DNA from: an uncultured Acidobacteriota bacterium
GTDB taxonomy: Bacteria; Acidobacteriota; UBA6911
Assembly: GCA_963718845.1 (NCBI GenBank)
Contig: CAVRAD010000009.1
Span: forward strand, 125,171-189,170
DNA: 64,000 nucleotides
Direction of reading: 5' to 3'
A program made the position numbers and the translations under genes. Shown piece by piece: positions 63,253 to 64,000 of the stretch. Within the stretch, counting starts at the first letter, position 1. Each line of letters starts with the position of its first letter. Under the pieces are notes generated by a model. That model did no database searches and was not told the DNA's origin. It saw nothing but the letters and a program-made list of their open reading frames with translations.

Positions 63253-63543
63253 TCATGCTGCGGACTTTTTCTTAAATCTGGAGAGAGACTCGGAAAGAAG
63301 CAGTTTGATCAGAGCTTGATAGGGTATGTCGGTTTCTGAACTAATCGCCTTTAGTTCGTTCAATAACGGAGAGGGTAACCGGATTGAAATAACCTGCGTT
63401 GGCGGAACTGCCGGCAACTTCAGCCCAAGGTCTTCAAGCTTCAACGGCTTGGATGGATCGATCATACCGGTCGTTTCGACGGCGTCATAGTCGCTGATAG
63501 CGCGTCGTGGTTTTTGTTTACCGCTCGACTTTTTCCTCTTCAT
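63253..63543 (-). CDS. brnA: BrnA-family antitoxin (CopG/RHH-like).
   Basis: MKRKKSSGKQKPRRAISDYDAVE...ISIRLPSPLLNELKAISSETDIPYQALIKLLLSESL. Confidence 0.75.
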   Translation of the reverse strand: MKRKKSSGKQKPRRAISDYDAVETTGMIDPSKPLKLEDLGLKLPAVPPTQVISIRLPSPLLNELKAISSETDIPYQALIKLLLSESLSRFKKKSAA

Positions 63544-63817
63544 AAATCTGCCGTTCCTTTCGTGATGCAGCTCTCGCTGTAATGACTCGAACCCGGGCTC
63601 CCCTGGCTGTGAACCCAATCATCAGCACGCGATTCTCGAGACTCCTTCCATAGAGAATGTAGCGGGCTTCGCGGGAAGTGGAGTGCTTGCCATCTTGGTA
63701 CAGTTTATATCCGGGATCGTAAAATGCGCTTTCAGCCTCTAACCGGCCCACACCATGCTTGACCTCGTTTTTCTGGATGTTCCATTGATCCCAATCGAAC
63801 TCGATGAGCTTGGTCAC
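63518..63817 (-). CDS. brnT: BrnT-family toxin (DUF497 ribonuclease toxin).
   Basis: ...LIEFDWDQWNIQKNEVKHGVGRLEAESAFYDP...RYILYGRSLENRVLMIGFTARGARVRVITARAASRKERQIYE. Probable GTG start at 63817 (the ORF track extends to 63856). Overlaps the brnA start. Confidence 0.75.
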   Translation of the reverse strand: MTKLIEFDWDQWNIQKNEVKHGVGRLEAESAFYDPGYKLYQDGKHSTSREARYILYGRSLENRVLMIGFTARGARVRVITARAASRKERQIYEEEKVER

Positions 63818-63840
63818 GAGAGCAGAATAGCACCCTAAAT

Positions 63841-63861
63841 CTGTAGTGTCAAACACTACAG
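63841..63861. promoter_or_regulatory. Perfect 8-bp inverted repeat (CTGTAGTG-tcaaa-CACTACAG) ~25 nt upstream of brnT; candidate autoregulatory operator.
   Basis: Read directly. Type II TA operons are typically autoregulated by the antitoxin binding a palindrome at the promoter. Confidence 0.4.
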
Positions 63862-64000
63862 AACCTAGGTGTGAACCGGGCAGGGAACGATTCGCCAGGG
63901 ATGGACCTTTATGCTTTCCAGTGTCCTCCGGGTTCGGTCGTTGGATACATAGCAGAGCAGATGATCGGGAATCGCCCCATACACTTCCATAAAGATCTCC

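Noticed and set aside
63862-64000. Short minus-strand ORF (41 aa, MEVYGAIPDHLLCYVSNDRTRRTLESIKVHPWRIVPCPVHT) at the window end upstream of brnT.
   Set aside because: Too short, no recognisable motif, and it sits where the brnTA promoter is expected.

Overview
This is a GC-rich bacterial chromosomal segment, probably from an anaerobe and possibly Acidobacteria-like or deltaproteobacterial; I cannot place the taxon.

The sequence carries many single-base indels that split otherwise recognisable genes across reading frames. Essential genes are hit as well (mreB, mrdA, ligA, clpB, dxr, accD), so most of these frameshifts are probably sequencing or assembly errors rather than biology. The density is highest in the first ~9 kb.

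Gene content, in order:
- 1–9.2 kb: one long minus-strand cluster. hdrC-hdrB-hdrA(truncated), then a DRTGG / histidine-kinase-like-ATPase pair, a sensory-type HydS-like [FeFe]-hydrogenase homolog, a second DRTGG, a PHP phosphoesterase and a second HATPase_c protein. After a palindromic spacer come hydC/nuoE-like, hydB/nuoF-like and the N-terminus of a hydA/nuoG-like subunit, which is cut by the window start. This resembles the Thermotoga/Thermoanaerobacter-type electron-bifurcating [FeFe]-hydrogenase locus with its putative H2-sensing regulatory module, here joined to HdrABC.
- 9.9–64 kb: mostly housekeeping genes. These are glmS, a Lon-related protease, moeA/moaC, mutM, coaX, ppiD-like, mreBCD-mrdA-rodA, RNase E/G, mazG, pdxB, accD, ligA, an rsbW/rsbV partner-switch pair, rseP, dxr-cdsA-uppS, truA, pyrE, yebC, ruvC, a stand-alone nuoF, grpE, htpX, clpB and an OPT transporter.
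- Also present: a FecR-domain protein, a GAF-GGDEF cyclase, a PAS-HisKA protein with no ATPase domain, a candidate UxxC selenoprotein with an in-frame TGA and a SECIS-like hairpin, and a brnT/brnA toxin-antitoxin pair.

The most distinctive non-coding signal is several families of tandem heptamer/octamer repeats (GGAATCY, TTACGAA, GGATTAAA, ACAGGTT, TCGAGAT, GTAGTCA). They form inverted-arm hairpins at gene ends. Some carry conserved cargo loops and some read through into coding sequence. There are also two MITE-like elements sharing a GTGGGTCGGGGCTTCAG terminal inverted repeat.

No rRNA, tRNA or CRISPR array was recognised.
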